In this document: piece after piece, positions 55,474 to 64,000 of the stretch
How positions within the stretch are numbered: position 1 is the stretch's first letter
Layout: every line of letters begins with the position of its first letter
NCBI GenBank assembly: GCA_963717145.1
Contig: OY970325.1
Location: forward strand, 3,648,001-3,712,000
Length of the DNA: 64,000 nucleotides
Source of the DNA: an uncultured Armatimonadetes bacterium
Lineage (GTDB): Bacteria > Armatimonadota > UBA5829 > DTJY01
Direction of reading: 5' to 3'
Notes under the pieces: generated by a model
The model's input: only the letters and a program-made list of their open reading frames with translations
Databases searched by the model: none
Told to the model about the DNA's origin: nothing
Position numbers and translations under genes: made by a program

Positions 55474-58400
55474 CTACTGCAACTTATCCGCCAGGCGTGC
55501 GTACTCCGCCTTGATCTCATCGGAGGAGAGCGCGGTCGAGTAGAGACGGACGCCGGTCATCCGGCAGTCGGTCTCGAAATCCGGGCCGGGGTACTCGTAC
55601 CGGCCGATGTAGAGGCTGAACGGCGACCCCGTCATCCGACCGCCGGCGAGCAGCCGTCCGACCCGCTGTCCGTTCAGGTAGACCGCCATCTCGTATCCGT
55701 CGTATGTGCAGCCGATGTGATACCACTTCCCGGCGCTGACCGATCCCGCATCGACCGTCCCGACGCCGTCCAGGAAGAAGCGGACCTGGCCACCGAGTAT
55801 CTGCACGAAATAGCCGTTGACATTCCACAGCCCGTGCGAGAGGAGCACCGGTATCACCCCCGGCTTCTCGAGCTTCACCCACATCTGGATCGTGATCTCC
55901 TCCGCCGGGCTGAACTCCGCCCGGTTCGGGACCATGACGTGATTGCCGTTCGTGAAGTGAGCCGCCGGGACGCCGTTGACCGGCTCGTATGCGGTGACGC
56001 CTCCCCACGAACCTGCCGGGATGCTCCCATCGAAGTCGAACGAAAGTATCAGGCCTAGGTCGCCCTTAGGAAGCGCCGAACACGACACCGGGTCGGATGC
56101 CTTGCCCTCGACGCCCTGCCGATCGAGCGGCGCAACCTTGTAGGAGATCGGCTGCCCCGGTTCGGCGGCGGTGACGTAGAGATGACTCCGCCATCCATCG
56201 GCGGGAACAGGCTCATCGGCGTTGATCAGCTCCCACGGCCCATCCTGCGCCGATGAGCGGTATACATGGAAACCCTTCACGCTCAGGCCGGCCCTCTCCC
56301 ATCGGAGGCGAACCTTGCCCGCACCGGGGGTTGCTGTGACCACGGGAGCAGCCAGCTCGCTCGGCTCAGGAGCCTTGATCGACGCCGAAACGATCGGCTT
56401 GGCATCCTTCCCGACCGGCGTGACCGAGTACCGATACGATGCACCGGCGTCGACGCCTCGGTCCTCGAACCAGGTGTCGCTCGTCGTTCCGAGGAGTGTG
56501 AACTCACCGTCACCGTCCGCGCGCCTGATCTCGAAGCGCCCGACCGATCCCATCCACCGCAGGACGAGCGATCCTCCGTCGCCCGGCTTGACCGCCAGGT
56601 TCGAAGCGATCGGCGTCACGGGCTCAGGCGCATCGACCGCCGGGGTGGAGGTCACGTGGGGGATGATCGCGACCTGATGCCACATGTCCGGTCCCGGCCA
56701 GCGCTCGATGAGCTTCCCGGATGCATCGACCAACTCGATCGCATATTCAATTCCATACTCCTGCGGGGTCATCGTGCCCTCGAAGTATCGGGGAGACAAC
56801 CGTTCCAGCATCGATGATTTCGTACTCTCCTGGCCGACTTCGCGGGAGTTCAACCGCATCTGGCATCCATCCCTGTGGGCAACGACTTTCACCGGCATCG
56901 GCTCACCGGAAGACCATACGGTGTTCGCATTGATGGGGGACAAGGCGGTTGTCGTATTTCGGATCGCACGTTGAGGAACCACCGCCGGCGGCTTGCCGCT
57001 GAGAGCCGATAGTTCGCGCTCCACTGCTCGATATGCCGCCCAAGCCTTGGTGTTGACGGTTGCGAGCACCCCGAGTTCGCCTTTGTTCGTTGTCTTTCGG
57101 GCGAGTGCATCGAGTTCCGGCTCAAAAGTGCATGCCTCCAGCTTCGAGAGTGCCTGGGATGCCAAAATCGACGCCCGATCCCCATCGCCGTCCTGGATTG
57201 CCTGACGCGCGTCGATCAGCAGCCGGTTGACCTCGCCCGCCGGCCCGAGCTGGTCCGATGTCCGGGCGTAACCGAGCGCCCATTGAGCGGTGTTGATGAG
57301 ATACGTCACCCGCTCAGCCTGGCGGGCGCACTCGGGCTTGCGGGCCAGATCGTCGCGCACCGCCCAGAGCCGCCACATCGTCTTCTCCAGCCGCTCGATC
57401 TTCGCCGGGTCGGTCGGAGATCCCCAGCCGAACGTTCCACATTCTGCTTGCCCACCACCGCCGACGAGCCGATATCCGAGCGACTGCCACTCCAGCAGGA
57501 TGTCGGTCATCGGTGCGATATGATCCTCGCCGAAACAGCGCGCCGCATAGTCGGCATAGAACTGATCGAGGGTCAGGTCGGGGTTCCAGGCGAACTGCGA
57601 CATCACCGCGTGCGACTCCTCGACGTCCCGGGAGCGCCAGTGGATACCGAGGATGCCCTGACTCCCCTTTGCGAGCGCATCACGGCACGCGCCGAGCCAG
57701 TTCTCAGCGTTCGGTTGAGGATGCCACTGGTCGCCGTCAAACTCGAACCACGGTATCGGCCAGTACTCGCGTCCCTTCGAGAGCTTCCCGTAAGCCTCGC
57801 TCACGGTGGGCGCTACGACGATGTCGTCGAGCGCCGAGAAGATGATGTCCTTCGGCACGAGCTTGTCCATACCCGTGTACATGTCGGAGAAACGCAGGTG
57901 GTGATCGCCGCCCCAGCCCGAGACGACGAGCCGGATGTTCGGCGCGGTCTCCTCCATGATGCGGTAGGCTTCCTTCGTGTAGATCGTCATGCGCACGGCC
58001 TCGGTGATCCGGCGCGGCTCCCCGAGGTAGGCAAAAGTCGGCTCGTACTTGCGGTAGTATGCGCCGAAATCGGTGTCCAGGGGCAGCGGATCGCGCCCCC
58101 GAAGTCCCTGGGCCTCGGGCTCCCATATCCAGATGTAGTCGAGCATCGGATACTGAGCGACGAGGTGCTTCAGCCGCTTCTCCAGCCGCTCGATCGAACC
58201 CGGATCGGTCGGATCGGCATCCCCCGTCTCGAACCCGACGCATATCTTCAGCCCGCGCGCCTTGCCGTAGTCGAGCGCCTTCGCCAGCAGGTCCTGTGAG
58301 TCCTTGATCGAGCGCTCGCGGTCATCGCGGTAGAGCGACGGCTTCGATCCGAAGTAGTCGTCGCTGAAGTACTTGCTCGTTTCGCCGCCGAACTCGCTGG

Positions 58401-59088
58401 TCTTCATCGGAGCAGTGCCCCAGGTGCTGACCGCCGTGCTCACGACCGGCTCGCCCCAGACATACTTGCCGTCCTCCTGGTATCCGGCGAACGGCTCGGC
58501 GTCGTAGGAGTGGAAGCCGATGAAGTTGTTCTTCGTCTTCACCAGGTTGTCGAAGAACCAGGCGTAGTCCTCGAAATCCCATGCCGTCGGGCTGTCGAAG
58601 AAGTTGTACCAGGGCAGCGTGCCCCTGATTTTGAACGCCGGCTCGCGGGATATGTCGAGATCGAGAAGCTTGAACGGTTGCTTGAGCGGGATGGCATCGC
58701 CGCCGAGGTAGAAGCCGAGTCCGTACTCCTCCAGCAGCGAATATGCGCCGTAGAGGACGCCGCGCGAGGTCTTCCCGGTGACCAGGATCACCTTGCGCTT
58801 CCCATCCTGAACGGTGCGCACCCGATAGCCCTCGTCCCCAAGGCCGGACACATCCGGCCCGAGACGCTTGATCAGCGGGTTCGAATCCGGCGTCCCGACG
58901 GCGATGATGTCCCCTTGCGCGCCGTCCCGGATCGGAAGCAGCTCGCCGGTCGCGGCATAGAGGTACTTCTGCAGCTCCTTTGCCGCGAGCTGATCGAGCG
59001 CCGACGCGTTCTTGCCGATATCTATTCCGCCCGACCACGCCGCCTGCGCCGCCAGCACCATTATCATGAGAAGAAGAACATACCGCAT
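55474..59088 (-). CDS. Large secreted glycoside hydrolase-like protein (GH20/67-type N-domain, Fn3 repeats, C-terminal LamG)
   Basis: LGDEGY, RGVLYGAYSLLE, P.FKIRG; Fn3-like YRY.V; WYHI.CTYDG...YLNG...RLY..ALS. Confidence 0.8.
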   Translation of the reverse strand: MRYVLLLMIMVLAAQAAWSGGIDIGKNASALDQLAAKELQKYLYAATGELLPIRDGAQGDIIAVGTPDSNPLIKRLGPDVSGLGDEGYRVRTVQDGKRKVILVTGKTSRGVLYGAYSLLEEYGLGFYLGGDAIPLKQPFKLLDLDISREPAFKIRGTLPWYNFFDSPTAWDFEDYAWFFDNLVKTKNNFIGFHSYDAEPFAGYQEDGKYVWGEPVVSTAVSTWGTAPMKTSEFGGETSKYFSDDYFGSKPSLYRDDRERSIKDSQDLLAKALDYGKARGLKICVGFETGDADPTDPGSIERLEKRLKHLVAQYPMLDYIWIWEPEAQGLRGRDPLPLDTDFGAYYRKYEPTFAYLGEPRRITEAVRMTIYTKEAYRIMEETAPNIRLVVSGWGGDHHLRFSDMYTGMDKLVPKDIIFSALDDIVVAPTVSEAYGKLSKGREYWPIPWFEFDGDQWHPQPNAENWLGACRDALAKGSQGILGIHWRSRDVEESHAVMSQFAWNPDLTLDQFYADYAARCFGEDHIAPMTDILLEWQSLGYRLVGGGGQAECGTFGWGSPTDPAKIERLEKTMWRLWAVRDDLARKPECARQAERVTYLINTAQWALGYARTSDQLGPAGEVNRLLIDARQAIQDGDGDRASILASQALSKLEACTFEPELDALARKTTNKGELGVLATVNTKAWAAYRAVERELSALSGKPPAVVPQRAIRNTTTALSPINANTVWSSGEPMPVKVVAHRDGCQMRLNSREVGQESTKSSMLERLSPRYFEGTMTPQEYGIEYAIELVDASGKLIERWPGPDMWHQVAIIPHVTSTPAVDAPEPVTPIASNLAVKPGDGGSLVLRWMGSVGRFEIRRADGDGEFTLLGTTSDTWFEDRGVDAGASYRYSVTPVGKDAKPIVSASIKAPEPSELAAPVVTATPGAGKVRLRWERAGLSVKGFHVYRSSAQDGPWELINADEPVPADGWRSHLYVTAAEPGQPISYKVAPLDRQGVEGKASDPVSCSALPKGDLGLILSFDFDGSIPAGSWGGVTAYEPVNGVPAAHFTNGNHVMVPNRAEFSPAEEITIQMWVKLEKPGVIPVLLSHGLWNVNGYFVQILGGQVRFFLDGVGTVDAGSVSAGKWYHIGCTYDGYEMAVYLNGQRVGRLLAGGRMTGSPFSLYIGRYEYPGPDFETDCRMTGVRLYSTALSSDEIKAEYARLADKLQ

Positions 59089-59216
59089 GTTTTGCCACCC
59101 CACGTGTCTCATAGGTCCCATAAGTCCCATACGTCCTATTGGCCGAGCGTGACCACAATCCCTTTGCAGGAGGTGCCCGCGTGACCCTCGAATCTCTTGG
59201 CGGGAGGGACAACATC

Positions 59217-59714
59217 ATGGATGCAATCGAGTGCTTGAAGACCAGAAGAAGTATCCGGGCCTATGAGAACAAGCCCGTGACGAAGGAAATACTCGAGGAC
59301 CTCGTCGACTGCGGACGGCTAGCCGCGTCGGCAATCAATATCCAGCCGTGGGCCTTCATCGTCATAACTGATGCGGCCATAAAGAAGCAATTGGCCGAGA
59401 TGACCGATCACGGCATGTTCATCGAGCATGCGGGGGCATGCATCGCCGTCTTTTGCCAGGAGGGCAAGTATTACCTGGAGGACGGCAGCGCGGCGACTCA
59501 GAATATCCTCAATGCGGCGCGCGCTCACGGGCTCGGCTCATGCTGGGTCGCCGGCGACAAGAAGGACTACGCGCCGACGATCGGCCGGATGCTCGGCGTG
59601 CCGGCGGACTACAAGCTGGTCTCGCTCATGGCGATCGGCTACCCGGCTCAGACTCCGAGTCCGGCGAAGAAGCCGCTCTCCGAGGTGCTCCACTGGGAAC
59701 GATTCAGCGGATAG
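59217..59714 (+). CDS. Nitroreductase family protein
   Basis: RRSIR.Y, A.S..N.QPW.F, GLGSCW, AIGYP. Confidence 0.93.
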   Translation: MDAIECLKTRRSIRAYENKPVTKEILEDLVDCGRLAASAINIQPWAFIVITDAAIKKQLAEMTDHGMFIEHAGACIAVFCQEGKYYLEDGSAATQNILNAARAHGLGSCWVAGDKKDYAPTIGRMLGVPADYKLVSLMAIGYPAQTPSPAKKPLSEVLHWERFSG

Positions 59715-59775
59715 ACAGGAGTAGACCGGTCAGGCGCGTCCGGGTCTGCTCCTTAGACTTGCTGTTCGATTCATG

Positions 59776-59855
59776 ACATGTCGGCATGCCGCCCACATGT
59801 CGATAATCGGTTGCGCAATCGACATATTGCATCAACGTGTCGGTGCAACCGACAC
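59776..59855. repeat. Array of ACATGTCG/CGACAT boxes downstream of fic
   Basis: Five boxes; 59795-59855 has the same architecture as 60984-61045. Confidence 0.8.
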
Positions 59856-59856
59856 A

Positions 59857-60942
59857 TCAGCCCGATAGCAGACCATAGAGACCTACGTTGAGAAAGAGGT
59901 TCTCGCGTCCGACTCGAGTGGATTTGAGGACCCCTATACGCTCCAGTTCATGCAAGTATTCGGCCGCAGTCTGGCGCTTTGCGATGCCCGCATCGACCAG
60001 GAACTCCACCTTTGTGTATGGCTGTCTAAACAGCTGCTCTACAAGATCGCTTGTGTAGATTCTTGGCAGTTCGCGCCGCACGATCTCCCTCGTCTTGGAC
60101 ATGAGTTCGCGGATATCGAGAATGCGCTTGCGTGTGAAGCTAGCCGTATCTTCTACTGCCTCAAGCATGTAGAGTATCCACGGCTCCCACTCCTGAGCCT
60201 CGGTCACTCCTCGAAGCAGCCGGTAGTAGTCACTCTTATTCTGGATGATGTACCGGCTGAGGTACAACACCGGCAGGTCAAGAAGCGATTCCTGGATCAG
60301 ATACAGTATGCCGATGATTCGTCCGGTTCTCCCATTGCCATCAGAGAATGGGTGGATCGCCTCGAACTGGTAGTGGGCTACTGCCATCTTTACCAGCGAA
60401 TCCGGCCCATCCGAGGAATGGATGTACTCCTCCAAATTGTGCAGTTTGCGCCTGATGATATCCTCGCCCTCAGGTGGAGTGTATATTGTTTCGCGTGTAG
60501 CGGAACTGGCGATCACGGTACCAGGCAGGGTCCGAATGCCAGCCTGATTCTCTCCGATCATGTTAACGATGTGCACGAAGACGTTTGTGGACAGAACAGG
60601 CCTGTTCCTCAGGTCATGGAAGCCCGTCCATAGTGCCTGGCGGTATCGAATCACTTCCTTGGTCGCCGGGGCGACACCGGCCTGAGATGATGCGGACAGC
60701 GCCCTGAACAGCGCATCATTCGTAGTGACTATGTTCTCGATCTCCGAACTGGCCCGTGCCTCTTGAAGGATGATTGAGTTGACGAGGATGTTCTGGTCCG
60801 GCAGCGTCTCTCCCAGTCCCTTCAGCTCCGCCAGCGCCCGCGCCGCAGTGATCGCCTTCCTGAGTACTGCTACCGTTTCGATGTCCTGCGTGGGTGGCAG
60901 ATCGGGCAAATCGTTGTAGGGAATCAAAGGATTGTATGCCAT
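59857..60942 (-). CDS. fic: Fic family AMP-transferase (class II) with C-terminal winged helix
   Basis: HPFSDGNGRTGR catalytic motif; N-terminal inhibitory SSEIEN; RQTAAEYL..L...G.L helix-turn-helix. Confidence 0.95.
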   Translation of the reverse strand: MAYNPLIPYNDLPDLPPTQDIETVAVLRKAITAARALAELKGLGETLPDQNILVNSIILQEARASSEIENIVTTNDALFRALSASSQAGVAPATKEVIRYRQALWTGFHDLRNRPVLSTNVFVHIVNMIGENQAGIRTLPGTVIASSATRETIYTPPEGEDIIRRKLHNLEEYIHSSDGPDSLVKMAVAHYQFEAIHPFSDGNGRTGRIIGILYLIQESLLDLPVLYLSRYIIQNKSDYYRLLRGVTEAQEWEPWILYMLEAVEDTASFTRKRILDIRELMSKTREIVRRELPRIYTSDLVEQLFRQPYTKVEFLVDAGIAKRQTAAEYLHELERIGVLKSTRVGRENLFLNVGLYGLLSG

Positions 60943-60983
60943 GTGGTTATGTCCTGTCAGATAGCGCCTTGAGCTCGCCTACT

Positions 60984-61045
60984 ACATGTCGATTCATCAT
61001 ACAATAATCGACATGGCATGTCAAACATGTCGATTGCATCGACAC
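60984..61045 (-). promoter_or_regulatory. fic promoter TTGACA-N17-TATGAT embedded in a four-box palindrome array
   Basis: -35 at 61024-61019 and -10 at 61001-60996; ACATGTCGAT/ATCGACAT boxes surround both. Confidence 0.8.
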
Positions 61046-61098
61046 CTGGAATGAACCCGCATCCGGAGGAGGTGAACACGTCTCGTGCCGATCTGCCC

Positions 61099-62205
61099 CT
61101 ACTCCCTCGCGGTGATCTTCCCGCCACGGTGGAAGACGCCAGCAGTCAACCCGCGATCTGAGGCCATCCGATCGAGAAGAAGCTCCTGGGGCACGGCGCA
61201 CGCGAGTGAGAAAAGCTCCGAGTCGCCCGGCCTGAGGACGATGCTCACCATGTTCTGATGACCCTCGACCTCGACGGCAGTCATAAGCACGACCTTGCTC
61301 CCCAGTTCCGCCATCTCGCGCGCCATGCCCCTCACAAGGGCGCCGCCGGTTCCCTCAGGCGCAAACATGATGGCATAGTGGCCCGGGCCCGCGACCTCGA
61401 ATGGCCCGTGCCTCATGCTTCCGCCAGGCATCGCGGTCGTGAAGAGATGCGCTCCCTCCTGGAATGTAAGCGCTGCCTGCCTCGCCGCGGCCATCGTCGG
61501 CCCGCGCGAGATGAAGTAGACGGTCTTCGCGTCCCTCAGCAGGTCGGCGGCTTGATCTATTGCTTCCCTGCAGCCGTAGGGGAGGCCTTCAACGGCCTCC
61601 CGGGCCGGGAGGCCGTTGAAGGCCTCCCCTACGGCTGCAGGGAAGCGGTCCATCCCATCGGCGACGCTCTGCAGATCATCGAAGAGCGGCGTCCAATCCT
61701 GGCAGGCCAGCGCCCGGCTGAGGAGGAGCAGCACCGCCATGCTATTCGTGTAAGTCTTGTTCGAGATCGTCGCCTCGTCACCGGCGCGCATCGGAAGATC
61801 GATGCGCGAGCGCCAGGCCATCGTGCTCCCGGAGTCGTTTGTCACCGAGATCAGACCTGTATGCTCCCTCAGGCGCTCGACGACGCTCCGGGTCTCGATG
61901 CTCTCCCCCGACTGCGAGATGGCGACGACCACGTCATCGTCTCTGATGCTGTCCATCCCGCTGTGAAGCAGTTCGCCTGCCTCCCACATGACCACCGGCG
62001 CCGCAAACTTGTCCCCGAGGTAGTCGCGCACGACGAGCGGCACGAACTCCGAGGTCCCCATGCCCGTGAAGATAACGCTCCTCGGCCGCCGCGATGCCAT
62101 TCTGCCCGCGCAGGTCAGCAGTTCACCGCCTCTGCTGCTCCGATAGAACTCGATCAGGTCGCGCAGAACCTTGCCCTGTTCAGCAACTTCATCCAGGAAA
62201 GCCAT
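61099..62205 (-). CDS. SIS-domain sugar isomerase/deaminase (GlmS C-terminal-like)
   Basis: GMGTS, ISQSGES.E, NKTY, RHGP.E, KIT. Confidence 0.9.
   Translation of the reverse strand: MAFLDEVAEQGKVLRDLIEFYRSSRGGELLTCAGRMASRRPRSVIFTGMGTSEFVPLVVRDYLGDKFAAPVVMWEAGELLHSGMDSIRDDDVVVAISQSGESIETRSVVERLREHTGLISVTNDSGSTMAWRSRIDLPMRAGDEATISNKTYTNSMAVLLLLSRALACQDWTPLFDDLQSVADGMDRFPAAVGEAFNGLPAREAVEGLPYGCREAIDQAADLLRDAKTVYFISRGPTMAAARQAALTFQEGAHLFTTAMPGGSMRHGPFEVAGPGHYAIMFAPEGTGGALVRGMAREMAELGSKVVLMTAVEVEGHQNMVSIVLRPGDSELFSLACAVPQELLLDRMASDRGLTAGVFHRGGKITARE
61562..61646. repeat. 85-bp perfect palindrome (GTAG REP core) in-frame in the SIS gene
   Basis: 42-bp arms around a single base; encodes FPAAVGEAFNGLPAREAVEGLPYGCREA. 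Confidence 0.9.
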
Positions 62206-62288
62206 CGTTCTCCCTCCATTCTGCGCATATTGTAGCTGGAATGCGCCCGCTTGTCACGAAGGAAATTCGACCCGGTGAGCGGAAACCT

Positions 62289-62351
62289 GTAGTGGCCGTG
62301 CCTCTGTGCCGGCCAGCGGGGGTCAGGCCGGCACAGAGGCACGGCCACTAC
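62289..62351. repeat. GTAG REP-like palindrome, sister copy of 36738-36802
   Basis: Arms differ from the other copy by one compensatory pair (C-G versus T-A). Confidence 0.9.
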
Positions 62352-62378
62352 GGATAGGCACCACACCGGAGGAACACA

Positions 62379-63545
62379 ATGAACCGAATCATCATAATCG
62401 CCCTTGCGGCGATCATCCTGCTCGGCGGGATGGCATCGGCGGCTCAATACCGCGAGCTGTCGGCGGATACCTACATGGACAAGATGAAAGGCGGATGGCT
62501 CGGCCAGGCGATCGGCGTCGTCTACGGCGGACCCACCGAGTTCAAAGCGAAATACCGCATCTTCGAGGAGGAGATCAAGCCCTGGAAGCCCGCGCGCATC
62601 GTCGAGTCCCTGGGCCAGGACGACCTCTATGTCGAGATGAGCTTCCTGGAGGCGATCGAGGAATACGGCCTCGACATCACGAATGAGCAGGCCGGAGCCG
62701 CGTTCGCAGACACCGAATTCCCACTCTGGCATGCGAATAATGAAGGCCGCGAGAACGTTCGCAAGGGAATCATGCCGCCGGATTCCGGGGATGTCAAGAA
62801 TAACCCGCACTGCGACGACATCGACTTCCAGATCGAGGCTGACCTGTTCGGCCTGCTCAACCCCGGGATGCCCCAGTCGTCGAACGCCATCTGCGATCGC
62901 TTTGGCCGAATGGTGAACTACGGTGACGGTCTCTATGGCGGGCTGTTCGTTGCGGCAATGTACTCCCACGCGTTCTTCGAGACGGACATAGAAAAGGTGA
63001 TCCAACTGGGCCTGAAGTCGATCCCGGTCGGGAGCACCTACTCGATGTGCATCCGCGACGTGATCCGGTGGCACAAGAAGAACCCGACCGACTGGCGTGC
63101 GACCTGGCAGCTCATCGAGACAAAGTACGACCTGCGTCCCAGCGGACGATGCTCTCGAGTGCCGGAGATCAACATCGATGCCAAACTCAACGGCGCATAT
63201 ATCATCATGGGCCTGCTGTACGGCGATGGCGACATCGAGAAGACGCTCGAGATCTCGACACGCTGCGGCCAGGATTCGGACTGCAATCCCTCGAACGCGA
63301 TGGGCATCCTGGCGACGATCAAAGGGATGAGCGGCCTCCCGGAGAAGTACACGTCCGGCATGCCCGCCATGGCCGGGAAGCAGTTCAGAAACGTCCACTA
63401 CACCTTCGATGATGTTGTGGAGACGACCGCGAAGTTCGCCCGGGAGCAGGTCACGCGCGCAGGCGGATCAATAGACATGGTGGGCGGCCGGGAAGTGTTC
63501 CGGATCCCAGTCCAGCATCCCAGGGCCGCGAAGCTGGAGCGCTAG
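62379..63545 (+). CDS. ADP-ribosylglycohydrolase family protein with signal peptide
   Basis: GGWLGQ.IG...G.PTE, QDDLY, DFQIEAD, GQDSDCN. Confidence 0.88.
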   Translation: MNRIIIIALAAIILLGGMASAAQYRELSADTYMDKMKGGWLGQAIGVVYGGPTEFKAKYRIFEEEIKPWKPARIVESLGQDDLYVEMSFLEAIEEYGLDITNEQAGAAFADTEFPLWHANNEGRENVRKGIMPPDSGDVKNNPHCDDIDFQIEADLFGLLNPGMPQSSNAICDRFGRMVNYGDGLYGGLFVAAMYSHAFFETDIEKVIQLGLKSIPVGSTYSMCIRDVIRWHKKNPTDWRATWQLIETKYDLRPSGRCSRVPEINIDAKLNGAYIIMGLLYGDGDIEKTLEISTRCGQDSDCNPSNAMGILATIKGMSGLPEKYTSGMPAMAGKQFRNVHYTFDDVVETTAKFAREQVTRAGGSIDMVGGREVFRIPVQHPRAAKLER

Positions 63546-63584
63546 ACATCTCTATCAGTCGTCTACACAGTGGCTTCGAAATGC

Positions 63585-63610
63585 TGAAACATCTCGGGGC
63601 CACTGTCGTA
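63585..63610 (+). promoter_or_regulatory. Putative SigW-type ECF promoter TGAAAC-N16-CGTA
   Basis: Exact match to the Bacillus SigW consensus, about 60 bp upstream of ATG 63669. Confidence 0.55.
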
Positions 63611-63668
63611 CTCACATACTGAGATACCAATTCACTGACCTACCGACTGATCGACAGGAGTGATCACC

Positions 63669-64000
63669 ATGCGTGCGGTCTTGCTTGCTGTAGTGCTCAC
63701 AAGTCTGTTTGCCTCAGTTGCCTGCGCCAATGATACCGCCCTCGGCGCGGTCGGAGGCGTCCTCCAGCCGATGAATCAGCACCCATCGGTACAGATGGTC
63801 TCCGAGGAGATCCATATCAAGCTCATGCCGGACGATGTCGCCGTGACATGCAGGTTCGTCTTCAAGAACACCGGCGGGCCGGTGACCGTCAAGATGGGCT
63901 TCCCCGAGGATCACGGCGGCGGAGGCGGAAGCGGGTTCAAGTACTTCAACTCGAGGGTGGACGGCAAGCCCGTGAAGGCCAGGCACGAGCGAGGCAAGTG
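63669..64000 (+). CDS. Secreted DUF4424-like protein, 3'-truncated by window edge
   Basis: Manual translation MRAVLLAVV...ACANDT...VQMVSEEI...FVFKNT....MGFP...F..RVDG; AGGAG RBS. Confidence 0.7.
   Translation, partial: MRAVLLAVVLTSLFASVACANDTALGAVGGVLQPMNQHPSVQMVSEEIHIKLMPDDVAVTCRFVFKNTGGPVTVKMGFPEDHGGGGGSGFKYFNSRVDGKPVKARHERGK

Noticed and set aside
1-64000. tRNA, rRNA, CRISPR array, integrase, transposase or prophage genes
   Set aside because: None recognised by inspection; tRNAscan-SE and Infernal were not run.

Overview
GC-rich bacterial chromosomal segment, tentatively Armatimonadota-like (inferred only from the C-terminal domain of the 37872-39785 protein). It is dominated by secreted carbohydrate-active and hydrolase genes. 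Order: 5'-truncated DNA methyltransferase with an Mrr-like C-terminus; membrane protein/alpha-2-macroglobulin/VanW operon behind an ECF-type promoter; a divergent sugar-catabolism locus (ROK regulator, amidohydrolase, TauE, atypical RpiB opposite DUF4838, large GH-like proteins, DUF5107-TPR, UroD/MtaA, GH28-like, GH42/14-like, DUF6067) with an inserted vapBC; a P-type ATPase preceded by a promoter, NiCo(czcD)-like riboswitch and terminator; SPFH plus Arc; an ECF sigma fused to a zinc anti-sigma motif with an FGE-domain surface protein; serC; heparinase II/III-like protein; MNT/truncated HEPN/hicAB; acyl-CoA dehydrogenase; GH84; glutaminase-like; phosphoesterases; nitroreductase; Fic; SIS; ADP-ribosylglycohydrolase. 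Most notable: (i) fic is bracketed by two directly repeated ~61-bp four-box palindrome arrays, one overlapping its promoter; (ii) the NiCo-like riboswitch; (iii) several REP-like palindromes inserted in-frame inside proteins; (iv) a HEPN toxin apparently replaced by hicAB. Four genes carry indel-only frameshifts, probably assembly errors. No rRNA, tRNA, CRISPR array, integrase or transposase was recognised. Family names come from motif recognition, not database searches.
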